DNA from: Octopus bimaculoides
Taxonomy: Eukaryota
Assembly (NCBI RefSeq): GCF_001194135.2
Contig: NC_068983.1
Span: forward strand, 4,689,806-4,753,805
DNA: 64,000 bases
Direction of reading: 5' to 3'
This document shows positions 36,982 through 51,669 of the stretch, piece by piece (position 1 is the first letter of the stretch; each line of letters begins with the position of its first letter). The notes under the pieces were generated by a model, which was given only the letters and a program-made list of their open reading frames with translations, was not told where the DNA came from and ran no database searches. Position numbers and translations under genes: made by a program.

Positions 36982-38433
36982 TAAATCAAATTCTTCTAAA
37001 TAAAGCACTCATTTTTGCAATCACCATCATCATCATCGTCGTCATCACTGAACATCTGTTGGCAGGAGTGTACTGGCTGCTTTTTACGTAGCACCAGTAC
37101 CAGTGGAGTTGCCAAATAGCTTGCACGTAAAAGACCTCTCAGGTGAGAAAGAGAGCAGAGCCAAGAGAAGCGACTGTCTGCCAGGCAAGAAGTTAGAGTA
37201 TGACAGAGGGACAGAGATAGCTGTCTTGAGAAGATGTGAGGGAGACAAGAGAGATAGAAAAAAAGGGGAAGATACACAAGGAAAACAAGAAGGGACAAGT
37301 TATCAGGAGAATATAGGCATGGATAAGAGGTGGAGGAGAGAGAGAGAGAGATGCTAAAGTTACAAAATTTGATGGTAAGGAAATCAGGGCGGGGTGGGGA
37401 AGACGGATCTGAAACTTCTCCCCAAAAAATTTATCAACACCCTCGAAAACATTTTTGAAGATTTTCATTTAAAAAAAAAAGTTAATATAGAAATAAAGTC
37501 GGGGGTGGGTAGACATCCCTGACTTTAATCTGAAGTCATGCCCCGCCTCCACCCTTCCCTTCTTCTCGGCGCAGGTGTGAAAAGGGCGCAAAATTTAATT
37601 TTGGTTGTTAATTAAGGTAGAGACGCCAACAGTTTCTTTGCCCCTGGGAGCGGGAAACCATTGCTACACAACACCATTGAATTTTAAATAATTAAAAAGT
37701 AATTTAAGTTATAATTAAAAAATAACCTGAATTAAATTTCAAGTAGTTTAGAATTTATAAAGGATTAAAATACTTCAAAACAAAACATTTATAGTTCGGC
37801 TGAGTGTCGGAAGATAAAAGGTCAGCAATGTCAAGGGACACCCTTAACGGACAATTGAGTTATTCTGACACAAGGGACTTAAGACGGATGGACAGAAAGG
37901 CAAGAAAATTTGAATTTACAAACACTCCATTCCGCCTCTCCCCTAATAATAGTTTCAAATTTTGGCAAATGGCCAGCAGCAATATCGGGGGAGGGAGCTG
38001 GTAGATTATATCAACCCCAGTGTTCAACTGGTACTTATTTTATCGACCTCGAGAGGATGAACGGTAAAGTCGACCATTGAACTCAACGTAAAGACATGTT
38101 AACGATTCTGTCAGTTCGTCGACTTTGCCTTTTCCCTTATATAGATGTGTGTGTGTGTGTGAAAGAGAGAGAGAGAGAGTGCACAATAAACGAATGCAAC
38201 ACATACACAACCGCATGCACACGCGCACACACATACAGACACACACACACACGTAGTCACGAACTGTCTAATGGTGTTGTTTCCCTTCCGATATGAATCA
38301 ACTAAATCGAACTGGACATTCCCTTGTAACTTAACTTTATCACATCAGGAGGGATGAAACAAGGAACGTTATACCTTTTTTTAGAGGGACTCGAACCCAT
38401 GTCGTCGGGAGAAGAAACTAAACACCATCAACA

Positions 38434-38485
<52 letters not shown>

Positions 38486-39175
38486 TGTGTGTAACTCCAG
38501 CTCGTTTGAACCCCCACTTAGGAACTATTCGTTATTTCGACACAAAGACACAATACTCGACCATTCGTTGTTCACTTTAAACTCCCCCAAGATGAGGCAA
38601 ACACCTCATGTTTGTATCCCCACTCAATATCTATCTGGGGTCAGACGGTCAAGTCCCAGCAAAATGGTTGCTCCAATTACCACCAGATTCACAAGGCCCA
38701 GTCAAAATTAAAACTTATCGAATTTTCTATATTTCAACGTATTTTAATTTTTAACGAATTAAAATTATTCCACACTCTCCTTAATAAACACCGGATTAAA
38801 ATAGAAAAGATAAGGGAATCTGTGATGTTCATGCTTCCACCAGCATTCTTAATCAGTTAGAGATAGTGAGTAGAATACTTTACAACATCCCCTTAGCTGG
38901 GTGCATCTGAACCAAAAATAATACAATACCCAAAACGATCTACCCGGTATCTATGATGACGAGAAGCCGAAAACACCCTTTCAATTTCCCGTCAATCTTG
39001 AACATGGAGAATAAGGGATCAAATTGGGACTCCAAACTAGTTTTTGTAAGGGTTTTTAACGTCGGGGTATATACCTTCACTTAGCAAAGAATTTTAGGCA
39101 CGCCAGTATGGAAATACGAAGATGTGTGTGTGTGTCTATGTGTTCTTACACACACAAACATATGCACATAAATGT

Positions 39176-39252
<77 letters not shown>

Positions 39253-41999
39253 AGACAGATAGACAGACAGACAGATAGATAGATAAACACGATTAGACTA
39301 GAATATATATCGATACAAAAACTAAATATATTATACAGTTTCGTGCGGCGACACTTATCAAAGTGTATATACATGTACTCATGTTTTGAGTTCTATATTC
39401 CTATTTGCGTCCACAAAACTGTGTGTGTGTATGTGTGTGAGCGTGCATGTGCGTGCGTGTGTGTGTGTATAAACACAGTTCTATGCTCGGTGAAATGTTT
39501 CCACTGAAACGAGTTCGCTTAGTTTCGATTCGTTTACACAATAACATTTTATACCGTCTCTCTCTCTCTCTCTCTCGTTCCTCTCTTAACATTCATAGGT
39601 GTGTGTATACGGGTGAGTGATGTGTCTATATGTGTGTCTGTGTGTGTATGAGACCATAACGTAAACAATGGCTCAGAGGTCGATGTTTTAAGGTCGGGGT
39701 ATGTCACACTCTGCAATTTAAAGTTTTAAAGACAAAAACAGGAAGTGTTTTTTCCCCCACTAGACTGCATGAAAGAAAACTTTATATGAATAAATGTATG
39801 TATGTACGTATGAATATAATATAGACATTAGCTTGCCAAACAAACAGGCAAATGTAATGTAAACACATACATTGGTAATATGCATCCAGCTCTCTCACAC
39901 ACACACACACACATAATATATGTATAGATAGATATATTGTTTGTTGAATATTAAACTAAAGATCATTCAGTACTTTTTCAGTAGAGTACCATATTTATAC
40001 ATTTATAAGAATATTGTTAGTAACTTCGAAGTAGTCACCAAGTTGCAGTCTCACGATGGCATTTAAGCCGCATTTTCGAAGTTACTATCAACCTTTTCCT
40101 TATGTATGTATGTATGTATGTACACATACACAGACACAAACACACACACACATAGACGTAACTACAGATTGGTGCCCCATTGACTTAGTTTCTTCATAAT
40201 TTTCTGAAAAATTCATATTCTTTGATGGAATTTTAAAGAAATATATTTTCGGGAGTGTAGATTAGATTATGCTAATAAAATCTAAAAATAGAAGAAAAAT
40301 AAAAAAAAGAAATTTTTGCAGGAATTTCGGATCTCTCTACCGCAATCCGTGACTTCATTACCACCAGTTCCAGTAACTTCAGCATTTTTCACCTTTTTTC
40401 TTTTTTTTCAGATTCACGTGTACCCGAGACATCAACATTCCGTAATCTACACCCTCGCAAACGTATTTCTATAAAATATCATTTACAAGTTTGTATTTTG
40501 AAAAGAGATACGAGTATAGTCTAAATGGAGGATGGGTGGAGAAAATAAAACTCCTTAAGAAAAATAACATTTATTTTTAAACCTCAACCTCAACACAATC
40601 TTAATCTACACTCCTGAAAACATATAGGTGAACATTTTCGTTAAAAAAAAATACTCATTATTCAGGAAGTTATAAAGAAACAGAATCGTGGACGGGGCAC
40701 CAAACTGTAGTTATGCCTCTGTGTGTGCGTGTGTGTGTGTGTTTATGAACCACCTCGAAGACGAGGTCGTCTACCGCAATGTGAATTTAGGCGATGTTTA
40801 TGGTTTACAGAAACCCAAGAAAGTCGAACAATGGAATCCTGTCTATTAAAAGAGACAACGACAGAGAAAGAGAAGAGGCGAAGGAAATGACCATTTGGGT
40901 CTGGCTCTCGATATTTCCCCTTTCAGAAAAAAAACAGGAGACATCGACGAAAAATGCTTTTAATTAACAGCTAATTATTTCGATAATGTCCATTTAAAAA
41001 AAAAAAGGCAGAAAAGATTAACAAAATAATGAGCAGCACGCCAAAATGAACGGGGACACACAAACACACGTATATATATAAGTACTCACATACACATACA
41101 CACACACACATCTCTGAGAATATTTGTGCATGCAGGCGCGACTGCGTCAACTTCGATAAATTAGGAAAACTAATAAATAATGCAGAGGCTCTTGGAGGCT
41201 CTGATTTACAAAATAAACAAATAAACGAATTGATAAACATCTATATCGATTTCTCTCTCTCTCTCTCACTCACAATGCCTATGTGTGTGTGTGTGTGTTT
41301 TATTAACAAGGCGATGCCTTACAAATGTACCATTTTGTTTAAGGCATCGCTTGAGCTAATGCTAATAATAAATATCGACTCTAGGTCGATAATGTATTGA
41401 GTACTTCCTTAAGCGAGGGTCTACTCGATCTCTGATCAGGATGTACATGTATAATGTGCGCGTGTGTGCATGTGTCTGTATACGTGTGTGTATGTGTTTG
41501 TATATGCGTTTCTATATTATTATACAAATATAAAAACTAACACTGAATTGGAAGATCACCCAAATCATTAATACATTTAAATATCACACGTATTTTTACA
41601 GGGAAAATGAGTTGTCAGTGACTTCGAAGTTTCGCTCGTCGTTGGCTTCGTTAGATAAAACCAACGGCTGGTAAAATTTCGAAGTTACTATCAACCCCTT
41701 CCTTCCTTTCTCTCTCTCTCTGCACACACACATATATTTACATTCTTGAGATCTCAACTTCAAATGGAATCAGGCTTAACGACAGCCAATTTGAGTGTGT
41801 GCATGAGCAGGTGTGTGTGTGAGAGAGAAGGAGAGAGAGAGAGAAAGAAAGAAAGAAAGAAAGAGACAGACAGAAAAGAACAATCAATGAAAGACAAAGC
41901 TGACCTCAGCAAGATTTCAACTCAGAGTACAGAAAGCTTAATACAAGCAATGCACTCTGTGAACATACATGCGTACATGCATGCATAAATACATACATA

Positions 42000-42663
42000 A
42001 GGATAATCTCAAGGACAGAGAAATAAGAACCCACAATATGGTAGAAGCCATAGCCACATATAGTAAAGAGGAATACTGGTGGAATGTCCCAGTGAAGACC
42101 CCAATAAAATGTAAGCACAACAGACCTGATATAATGATTTGGGATAGAGAAGAGAAACTGTGCACAGTTGTGGAAATTAGCTGTCCCGTGGATGTTAACA
42201 TAAAGCTGAAGATCAGTGAAAACGAGAACACCTATGTTGAACTATTGAGAAATCTGCAGTTACTCTATCCAGATTACAAGTTCAGGTCTATACTTGTAAT
42301 TATTGGGGTATTGGGATATGTAACACACTGCCTAAATACCAATCTTGAGAAATTAAGCTTCTCAAAACCAGAAAGGAGAAAGCTAATTCAAAGACTACAG
42401 ATCCAATCCATCACTGGAACTGTAAAAATCTGTAAAACTTTCCAGAAGTTTATCATTTAAATATATATGAGCATGTCTAGATATGCAGCTATATGCATGA
42501 GAATACATACATAAAGCAAAACATACAAATCTGCACATATACATACATACATACAAAAATACCCTGTTGTTGATGTTGAAATTCCAATGAAGGAGCCTTG
42601 GATCTAGGTTACAAACTGGTTCTTTTTCTATTGGCAAGAAATCTTAAAATAAACTGAATAATG
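42000..42663 (+). mobile_element. 5'-truncated R2-superfamily (RLE; R4/Dong-like) non-LTR retrotransposon
   Basis: ORF to TAA at 42460 has HNRPDIMIWDREEK...VVEISCPVDVN...Y.ELL...IIGVLGYV...LQIQSITGTVKICKTF, a PD-(D/E)xK restriction-like endonuclease domain, followed by a ~200-nt 3'UTR. Confidence 0.88.
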
Positions 42664-43389
42664 GAATACACACACACACACATACATACATGCATGCATG
42701 GATGTATGTATCATTGTTTGTCCAATTTTCTGTGTTTCCATGGGCTGCATGGGATTTATTGAGGCAGATTTTCCACGACCAAATGCCCTTCCTGTCACCA
42801 ACCCTTGCCTGCATCCAAGCAAAGTAATAATCCCCCATGGCCAAATATATTTTTGCAGAATATGAGAAATAAATGACATTGCTTGAATGTGACGCTTACC
42901 TACGGCTATCACATGATGTGAAATGAAGGAGACACACACATACACACATACATCTGCAGGCTTGGCTGTGGTAAGAAGCTTGCTGCTCAACCACATGGTA
43001 CCATGTTCAGTCCCACTGCATGGCGCTTTGGGCAAGTGTCTTCTGCTATAGCTCCAAGCTGACCAAAGCCTTGTGAGTGAGTGGATTTCGTAAATGGAAA
43101 CTAAAAGAAGTCCATTGTATATGTGTGTGTGTGTGTCATTGTGTCGTATTCTATATGTGTGTTTTTTTTGTATTTGTTCCTCAAAACCACTGGCACTTTC
43201 AGATGGTGCTTTTTACATGCCGCCGGCATGGGGAGCCAGTCAGGTGGCACTGGCAATGACCCACGCATGAAAGGTGCTTATTAGATAGGAACACCAAATG
43301 GGAACATTTAAATTGAGAAGAAATAAACATTAAAACTGTGGCCGTAAAAACGTTTAAAGCTCCTAAATTCAGTTACCAGATTATCTTGT

Positions 43390-44565
43390 GGACACCGTTA
43401 TAGTGAATATAAAAGTTAAATGTCAGCTAGTGAGATGAAAAACAAGATGTCAGAGCATGGATGAACACAGGAGAGTCACCAGCCATAAGTGATAGATGTA
43501 TGGAGGCATATTGCCGTAAATCAGCTGGTGCCAACCAGATATCCGAGTGTATGGTCAGAAGCTTCAAGTTGTAGAAAGGTTTGTCTTGGAAGCACTTTTA
43601 GTATACCATGCTCCCATGACAATGAAATCTTTCTAAAAATCACTCACCAAGTGATGTTTTCAGAAACTCAGAAAAGCACATGTGGTCTCAACATGGTATC
43701 TCTACTGACATTAAAGTGAAGATTTATATACCATGTGTGCTGTCATCCATGTGGTGTATTTGTGGGTAACCTACTGAAAGCATTTGAAACAGCTGAAGTG
43801 CTTCCACTAGCAGTACCTGTATCATACCCGGGGTGTGTGTTGGAAAACGTATGTGAGTGATGTTGAGGTCCTTGAAAGAAGTCACTGTCAAAGTATTGAG
43901 TCATTTTGCAGCAGTGGCTGCCATGGGTGGGTCACCTAATGAGAACAGGGAACTGTAATATTCTGAAGCAACTTGTGTATGATGAGCTGGGGAATGGAAA
44001 ACATCCCCTCATAAACATGAGCTGAGGTTGGAAGATTGTATGAAGACATCCTTGAAGAGAGAGCTTAACATCATGAAGACGGACTGGGAAGAAACTGAAA
44101 AATGATCAGGTAAGATGGGGGAAAACCATATTTGATGGAAGCGAGAGAAACCATGAAGAGTTGAAGAGGGATACTAGAAAAGGGTGTGTAGAAAATATGG
44201 ATGAACAGAGTCAGGTGAGATGCAATGTGGGAGAGTCTACTTCAGTAGAACAGGAGTGAAAATTCATAAAAGAAACCATGTACAGAGAACTGATTTGGAT
44301 TACACCATGCACAGCAAAACAACATGCTATGAATACAGTAAAGTTTGCCTCTCAGTTGGAGGCTTGAAATGACACAGGAACGTGCATGGTACCCAATAAG
44401 TGGCTCCTGTCATTGGGGGCAATTATGTATGTGACATTTGTGCCACAGAGTGTAGGTCAGTTGCTGGCCTGAAAAATCACATCCATGCTGCTCAAACATG
44501 AGACTGATTCTGAAATGCTTCAAGTGATGGCTGTACTCGAGAATAAGGAAATGGCCATCATCATA
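43390..44565 (+). mobile_element. degenerate RTE LINE 3' part with C-terminal C2H2 finger
   Basis: Frameshifted motifs ..LGSTF, DIKVKIY..CVLSS, HLKQLKCFH, WVGHLMR, QLVYDELG, DWEET. Terminal YVCDICATECRSVAGLKNHIH. Ends ggccatcatcatatatg. Confidence 0.8.
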
Positions 44566-44759
44566 TATGTATGTAAAAACCAGCAGTTTTCATGGAATTA
44601 CCGGTCATCTTGCTATGGCCTGTCACCAGGTAGAAATCACAAAGACTCACAGAGAGGTAGTTATATTGTACAAGGCAGCACCAGTTGAGTATGGAGATTA
44701 TCAGAACCGACTGGCTCCCCATCCCAACAAAATTTCTGGCCTTGAGCCAATAGTAGAAT

Positions 44760-45060
44760 GAAGATGTAGAAAAGGAGTGTGCAAGAATTCCAAATTCTGT
44801 ATCCAATGTGAATTATGGATACACAAGAAATGTAGTGGAATCACAGGCAGGCTAATAGAGGAAGTAGACTTTGTATGTGGCAAATGCACAGGGGCCATTA
44901 AGAGCACACGGGAAATAGGTTCTCTTAAATGCTTCGAAGACTCCCTAGATGTGCAGTTAGTAGCTTCAGTTACTGGATGGCTTAATCAGCAGTGGAGGCA
45001 GAGCAAAAGTTACTCTTACTCAACTGGAGTAAGAACAAGTTCAGAAAGCAATTAATTCTG
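44760..45060 (+). mobile_element. RTE LINE fragment, Cys-rich PHD-like finger
   Basis: CRKGVCKNSKFCIQCELWIHKKCSGITGRLIEEVDFVCGKC. Its start overlaps the ...CSICRKGVGRNSIKCTQ end of the fragment at 45.6-46.2 kb. Confidence 0.75.
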
Positions 45061-45599
45061 CTGCAACGAAGGGCTTCCCTCTTAGAATCACTTTTGTTTA
45101 CACCACTCATTCTGTAAAAAGGTTAATGAGCAAGCAGAGATGCCGAGTAATGAAGTGTCTTCAGTCACATGATTACCTCACTGTTGCTGATACTATAAAA
45201 ACACAGACAGTACACTCAATAAAAGTGTAAAGTTGTGAGGATTCTTTAGTCTGGTGAAGGACATGAGAACCCCTCTAGTGCTGGTGCTATTGAAAAAGAC
45301 ATCCAGTACACTCTGTCACATGGTTGGTGGAAGGAAGTGCATCCATGTTTAGAAACTGAGCCTTGTTGAGTTGGAGAACCTCACACCACATTTAATTTAT
45401 GGTTCAGTTTCTAAGGCTGGATGCACTTCCTTCCATTTCATTAGACAGGTTCTCATGTCCTTCACCAGACTAAAGAGTCCTCACAACTTTACACTTTATA
45501 AATGCTGACTCCAGCCATGTCAACCCATGCCATCATGGAAAGCAGATGTAAAACAATAAAGATGATGAATATAGAGTTATAGTCCAATTAATTAGAAAC

Positions 45600-46355
45600 A
45601 GAATCAGACTAGAAGACATTCAGTTTGGTTTTGTGACAGGGAAAAGTACTAGTAATGCGATCTTCTTAGTCGGGACTACAACAGAAGTATTTAGCTAAGG
45701 GCAAACCATTGTATTTGGTATTAACTGACCTGGAGGAAACCTTTGATAGAGTCCCTTGCTCTATGGTATGGTGGTCTCTAAGAAAGCCAAGGGTCAACAA
45801 ATGACTTGTGAGAGCCATACAAGTCATGGACAGGGGTGCTGTTAGTAAGGTGTGACTTAACTATGAGAACAGTGACAAATTTTGAGTACAGGTAGGTGTT
45901 CATCAGGGCTCACTTCTCAGTCCTTATACATCATTGTCCTCCAGGCCATAACAGAAAAATTCAAAACTGGCTGCCCCTAGGAACTATTATATGTTAACAG
46001 GATTAAAAAGAAATTCCAGGTATGAATGCAAAACCTGGAATTGAAGGACCTTCAAGTTAACTTAGCAAAGACCAAAGTTTTAGAAAATAGGAAAACAGAT
46101 AGGAGTCTACCTACTTCAAGTGAATGGCACTGCTCAATATGTAGAAAAGGTGTAGGCAGAAATTCAATAAAGTGTACTCAGTACAAGCACCCATCACACT
46201 CAGTAAAGTGGTTAGTGTTAGGAAGGGCATCCAGCTGTAGAAACCATGCCAAATTAGACTGGATCCTGATGGAGCTCTCCAACTTGCCAGCACTGGTCAA
46301 ACTGTCCAACCCATGCCAACATGGAAAACAGACATTAAATGATGATGATGATGAT
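45600..46355 (+). mobile_element. RTE LINE RT fragment fused to the family B 3' tail
   Basis: DIQFGFVTGKSTSNAIFLV, DLEETFDRVP, VGVHQGSLLSP, KGLQVNLAKTKV-like and WHCSICRKGVGRNSIKC, then an abrupt junction to the GTTAGGAAGGGCATCC...GATGATG tail. Confidence 0.85.
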
Positions 46356-48439
46356 ATACAGACACACATATACTCTTTCCTTGACACCCTTCTCAGTCAC
46401 ATTTACCTTGAACAAACAGAGACAATATAGAATGCAGAAGATTCTTTGGTTCAACAGGGGAAAAAACAACCTCTCTAGTGCTTGTGCCATGATATAATAC
46501 ATCCAACACATTCTGTAAAGCAGGTGGTGTTAGGAAAAAGATCCAGCTGAAGAAACCATACCAACATGTAACTTATGAGCGAAATGTGGTCATGTGATCA
46601 ATCTAGGAGGCAGTAACTCCAAATAAGAACTGATTCAGACTGACAACTCATCTAACTCATGTCTGCTTGAGTTGGATGGGTTGACATAAAACAAAGATGT
46701 AAATATCATCACCAGCATCATCAACACTTTAATGCCCACTTTTCCAAGGGTCAGACAGAGTTCACTAAGTTTTTTTTTTGCAGCTGGATGTTCTTCCAGC
46801 CACAAACCTTCATCAATTTCCAAGGGGGTAACATTTCCCCATGGCTAGACATGTTTTCACAGAATACTGGAAATGAATATCATTTATTTACAACAATCAA
46901 GCAACGAACAAGACAAGGTGACATGGGCTTCTTTCAGTTTCCATCAACCAAATACACTAATGAAGCTTAGGTCGGCCTAGTATTTGGTGGAAAACACTTG
47001 CCCAAAGTGCCACACATTGCGACTGAACCTGAAACAATGTATTTGGAAGCAAACCAAAGGAAACAACAGTGGTTAGAAAGTATTTAATATTATGATTGGA
47101 GTGAAACCAAAGAAATAAACGAAGCTGTCCAAATTGAGGAATATTATTTAATCATCACCACCTCCACCACCACCATTTAATGTTCCCTTCTATGCTGGCA
47201 CTCATCATCATCCAGTGTTTTAAATCCAAGTTTTGTCCCCGTTAATGGGGGTGGCCAGATCTACCTCAATGCCATAGCAACCAAGGTAAGCAGGTGCAGC
47301 CCACCCCAACCTTTGGGCTGGCTGGTGCCCATTCTCTCCTGCTATCATGAGGCTTTTTTGGAGCTGGATTTTCTACAGGGAGCATGTCCTCGCTTACCCC
47401 CAATCTCAGTTTCTAGACATGAGTAGTCCCGAGACCAAGGCCTCTACCATGATTTTTAAGAAAAGTGGTGTAAAACTGGCTCAGGAAGGCAGGGATGCTA
47501 CTCCCTGAGACCTGTTTCGGAGCCCCCCCACCACCTTACTGTTTCTCATAAAGTCTGACATAAGAAATTACCATCTGTTGATTTTTGAACCTCTTTTGAT
47601 GGAGATTATCAATTTTGATAAGAAATCTTCACAAATTTCTACATTATAAATCAATATTGGTTTCAAATTTTGGCACAAGGCCAGAAATTCCAGGGGATGG
47701 GGTAAGTCGAATATATTGACCCCAGTACACAACTGGTACTTATTTTATTGACCCTGAAAGGATGAAAGGCAAAGTCAACCTCGACGGTATTTGAACTCTG
47801 AATGTAAAGACAAATGAAATGCTGCTAAGCATTCTGGTCAGCATGCTAATGGTTCTGTGAGTTTGCCACCTTCCATTAGAAACTAATTACTAATCAACAG
47901 GTATTTATGCACATCACAGCATAAATCAGAAGAACTGAAGCAAATTTAGATATTCTGGCCCCTGTGCACCCACTACACTCTTGGAGTGGTTGGCGTTAGG
48001 AAGGGCATCAAACTATAGAAACACTGCCAGATCAGACTGGAGCCTGGTGCAGCCTCCTGGCTTCCCAGACCCCAGTCGAACCGTCCAACCCATACCAGCA
48101 TGGAAAACAGACGTTGAACGATGATGAGGATGATTGTGGGTTAAATGATGATAGGAATGTAGATACATTCCTTCTACACTATTGGTGTGCAGAGAACAAA
48201 ATGGGTGTGTGTCTCTTGATGAATCAGTTCACAGCTTGTTGATTGCTATTTGGAGAAGATGAACTCATCTTCCTTCCCCAATCAAGAGCAGGGATCAGTT
48301 GTTATCATAATAGCATCTGAACTTTAAAAGAATTCCAGTGTTCCTTTGAGGTAAGAATGGGAATGAAGGATCTTGAAAAGATATTCCAGGATTATATCCA
48401 AAGTTGTTAGTATACTAAATTGCTTTATATTCTTGGAGA

Positions 48440-49200
48440 TTATTATAGAGACATTGACCTACTAATTCTTAGAAATTTTGGCTGGCTCCAAAATGTTTAA
48501 TTTTAAAATAATGGAAAATTTTCATCTTAAGGTAGTTAACTATGTTACCATGGCAGTACATTAATAGATTTCCCAACCAACCCAAAAATATTTTAGATAG
48601 TCTTGATAAGAATATATCTTTACATATTTCCCACCACTCAGTGAGTGAAGCTATTTTTAACAACACCTCACAGTATTATGATGCTCTAAAATGTAGTGAT
48701 TTTACTGATAAAATTAGATGTATTAGAAGAGATAATCCATCACCCACCCCCGACAGAAATAAAAATAGAAATATAATTTGGTATAACCCACCTTTCCATC
48801 AACATCCTTGACCTTAGTAGCAAAAATTTTCTTAAACTATTAAATAAAACATTACTCCCACCCCCACCATAAATATTACAAGATTACAAATTAAAATTGC
48901 ATTAATATCTCTATTCTACAACATTTAGTCTTGGCTAAACTCATCGGCTTAATGAATGCCTCTTAAAAAAGAAAAGATGCACAACTAAAATATTACTCGC
49001 TACACTATGGTAAACATTAATGTTTTAAAATCATACATTGGAATGACATTAAACTCTTTCAAAATTCAGTATTACCAACATGTCCATTCATTCAGGAACC
49101 ACTTTAGTACCAATAACACAGGCTTGGAAGCAATCATTTGTACAATAACACTGACCTTAATATTAAGTGTAAATTAACTGCTTTAACAAACTATATACGC
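48440..49200 (+). mobile_element. Penelope-like element remnant (RT C-terminus, linker, GIY-YIG)
   Basis: YINRFPNQPKNILDSL...RNKNRNIIWYNPPF, and later SYIGMTLNSFKIQYYQHVHSFR. Confidence 0.8.
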
Positions 49201-49814
49201 AGTATGTATATGAAATAGCTTGTATATGAAATTCTGTTTTCTAACAGTAAAATCTGCACAAGCCATGCTAGCATGGAAAAGTAGGTAGTTGGTGACTTAC
49301 ACAGCCATTACACATAGACACTAACTTCATAAGTCACCAAGTAACCCCCGAAAATTTCTATATAATATACCGAGAGCGCTTTTCACTTAAAATGTGTGTG
49401 TGTATAGTTAATTTATGAGGCTACTCAGCCTTGACTCAAAACTGATATCACATCAGGGAATCTGGATCAGGTTAGATACACTACTACACATTCTACTGTG
49501 GTATTGAGTACTTTTTTCTCGTTTGCGTATACATATACACATGCACATACATACTCATATACATACATTCATGCATATATATTACCTATGAACGTGTGTG
49601 TGTGTGTGTATACACGTGTGAGTATATATATATTCTTTTACTTGTTTCAGTCATTTGACTGAGGCACCGCCTTTAATCGACCCCCAGGACTTATTCTTTG
49701 TAAGCCTAGTACTTATTCTATGGGTCTCTAAGTTATGGGGACATAAACACACCAGCATCAGTTGTCAAGCGATGGTGAGGGGACAAACAGACACAAACAT
49801 ATACATATATGTAT

Positions 49815-49851
<37 letters not shown>

Positions 49852-50332
49852 CGACGAGCTTCTTTCAGTTTCAGTCTACCAAATCCACTCAAGGCTTTGG
49901 TCGGCCCGAGGCTATAGTAGAAGGTGCCACGCAGTGGGACCGAACCCGGAACCATGTGGTTGGTAAGCAAACTACTTACCACACAGCCACTCCGCCTAAT
50001 ATATAAATATATAGATAGAGAGAGAGAGAGAGGGGGAGGGAGACTGACACACACACACACACACACATACATATATATATTTTAAATATTAAAAATGGGC
50101 AATGTTTCGGGAAAAGTTTATGACGTCGTGGGAGAGTGTGACATCGTCTTTCGTCTGCTCGACACAGCTGAACAGTCAAAGACACTCATGACTGACGTCA
50201 TATACCAATACCGAAATGTAGCATTAGAAATGTTTACATGCATGCGTGTGTTCTCAGATGTATATAAAAAATATATATACAACAAACATTGACAATACAA
50301 GAATCAGTGAAATATGTGTATGCGTATGTGTG

Positions 50333-50394
<62 letters not shown>

Positions 50395-51633
50395 AAGGAT
50401 TGCTGGATGTGTCGAAGAGTCACCAGGAAAGCAGAAACAAACGAAGGAGGCTTAAAAGAAGCCAGCAAAATTGTTTAGAAATACCAGCTCCATTTTCGTT
50501 AGGCTGTTATTGTTGTTTAACCCCAGGCCAGCTCTAAGCCAGTAAACCGTTCTAGCAGTGATTAATCCCATATATTTCAAGACATTGTATATATATATAT
50601 ATATATTATTATCTGGGGTTACATTATCTAACGTTGTGTCTTCAATACGCTGTGATTTATTCAACGAGAAATTGTGTCTGCTATTTTTAGCAGGTCGAGC
50701 GACCACATACAAGCTTCGTTGTTGGCCTCGGCAGTGCGTCAGTGTCTGACTCCAAAATATTTGGTTTGTTGGTGTTGTTGTTGTTGTTTGTAGTGTGGGG
50801 GGGGGGAGAAAAAGAGAAACCTAATAACAACAATAATTTCGATGTCTGCAAAGCACTTCCGACACACACACACATGCATGTGTGTGTGTGTGTGTGTGTG
50901 TTTGATCAGTGCTATGAACGAAACTCTCAGCCTTTGAGACACTTTGTAACTTCGACCAATTAAACCAATTAAAAATAGGAGAAAAATTTGCATACTCGTT
51001 TTGAACTCTATCTTTTTTTTTTTTGTAGCATCAAACCTACACACACACATTTATGTACTCATGTATTTATTTTTTATCACANNNNNNNNNNNNNNNNNNN
51101 NNNNNNNNNNNNNNNNNNNNNNNNNNNNNNNNNNNNNNNNNNNNNNNNNNNNNNNNNNNNNNNNNNNNNNNNNNNNNNNNNNNNNNNNNNNNNNNNNNNN
51201 NNNNNNNNNNNNNNNNNNNNNNNNNNNNNNNNNNNNNNNNNNNNNNNNNNNNNNNNNNNNNNNNNNNNNNNNNNNNNNNNNNNNNNNNNNNNNNNNNNNN
51301 NNNNNNNNNNNNNNNNNNNNNNNNNNNNNNNNNNNNNNNNNNNNNNNNNNNNNNNNNNNNNNNNNNNNNNNNNNNNNNNNNNNNNNNNNNNNNNNNNNNN
51401 NNNNNNNNNNNNNNNNNNNNNNNNNNNNNNNNNNNNNNNNNNNNNNNNNNNNNNNNNNNNNNNNNNNNNNNNNNNNNNNNNNNNNNNNNNNNNNNNNNNN
51501 NNNNNNNNNNNNNNNNNNNNNNNNNNNNNNNNNNNNNNNNNNNNNNNNNNNNNNNNNNNNNNNNNNNNNNNNNNNNNNNNNNNNNNNNNNNNNNNNNNNN
51601 NNNNNNNNNNNNNNNNNNNNNNNNNTATATATA

Positions 51634-51669
<36 letters not shown>

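Noticed and set aside
40744-40848. Short ORF MNHLEDEVVYRNVNLGDVYGLQKPKKVEQWNPVY
   Set aside because: 34 codons with no homology I recognise and no supporting splice context.
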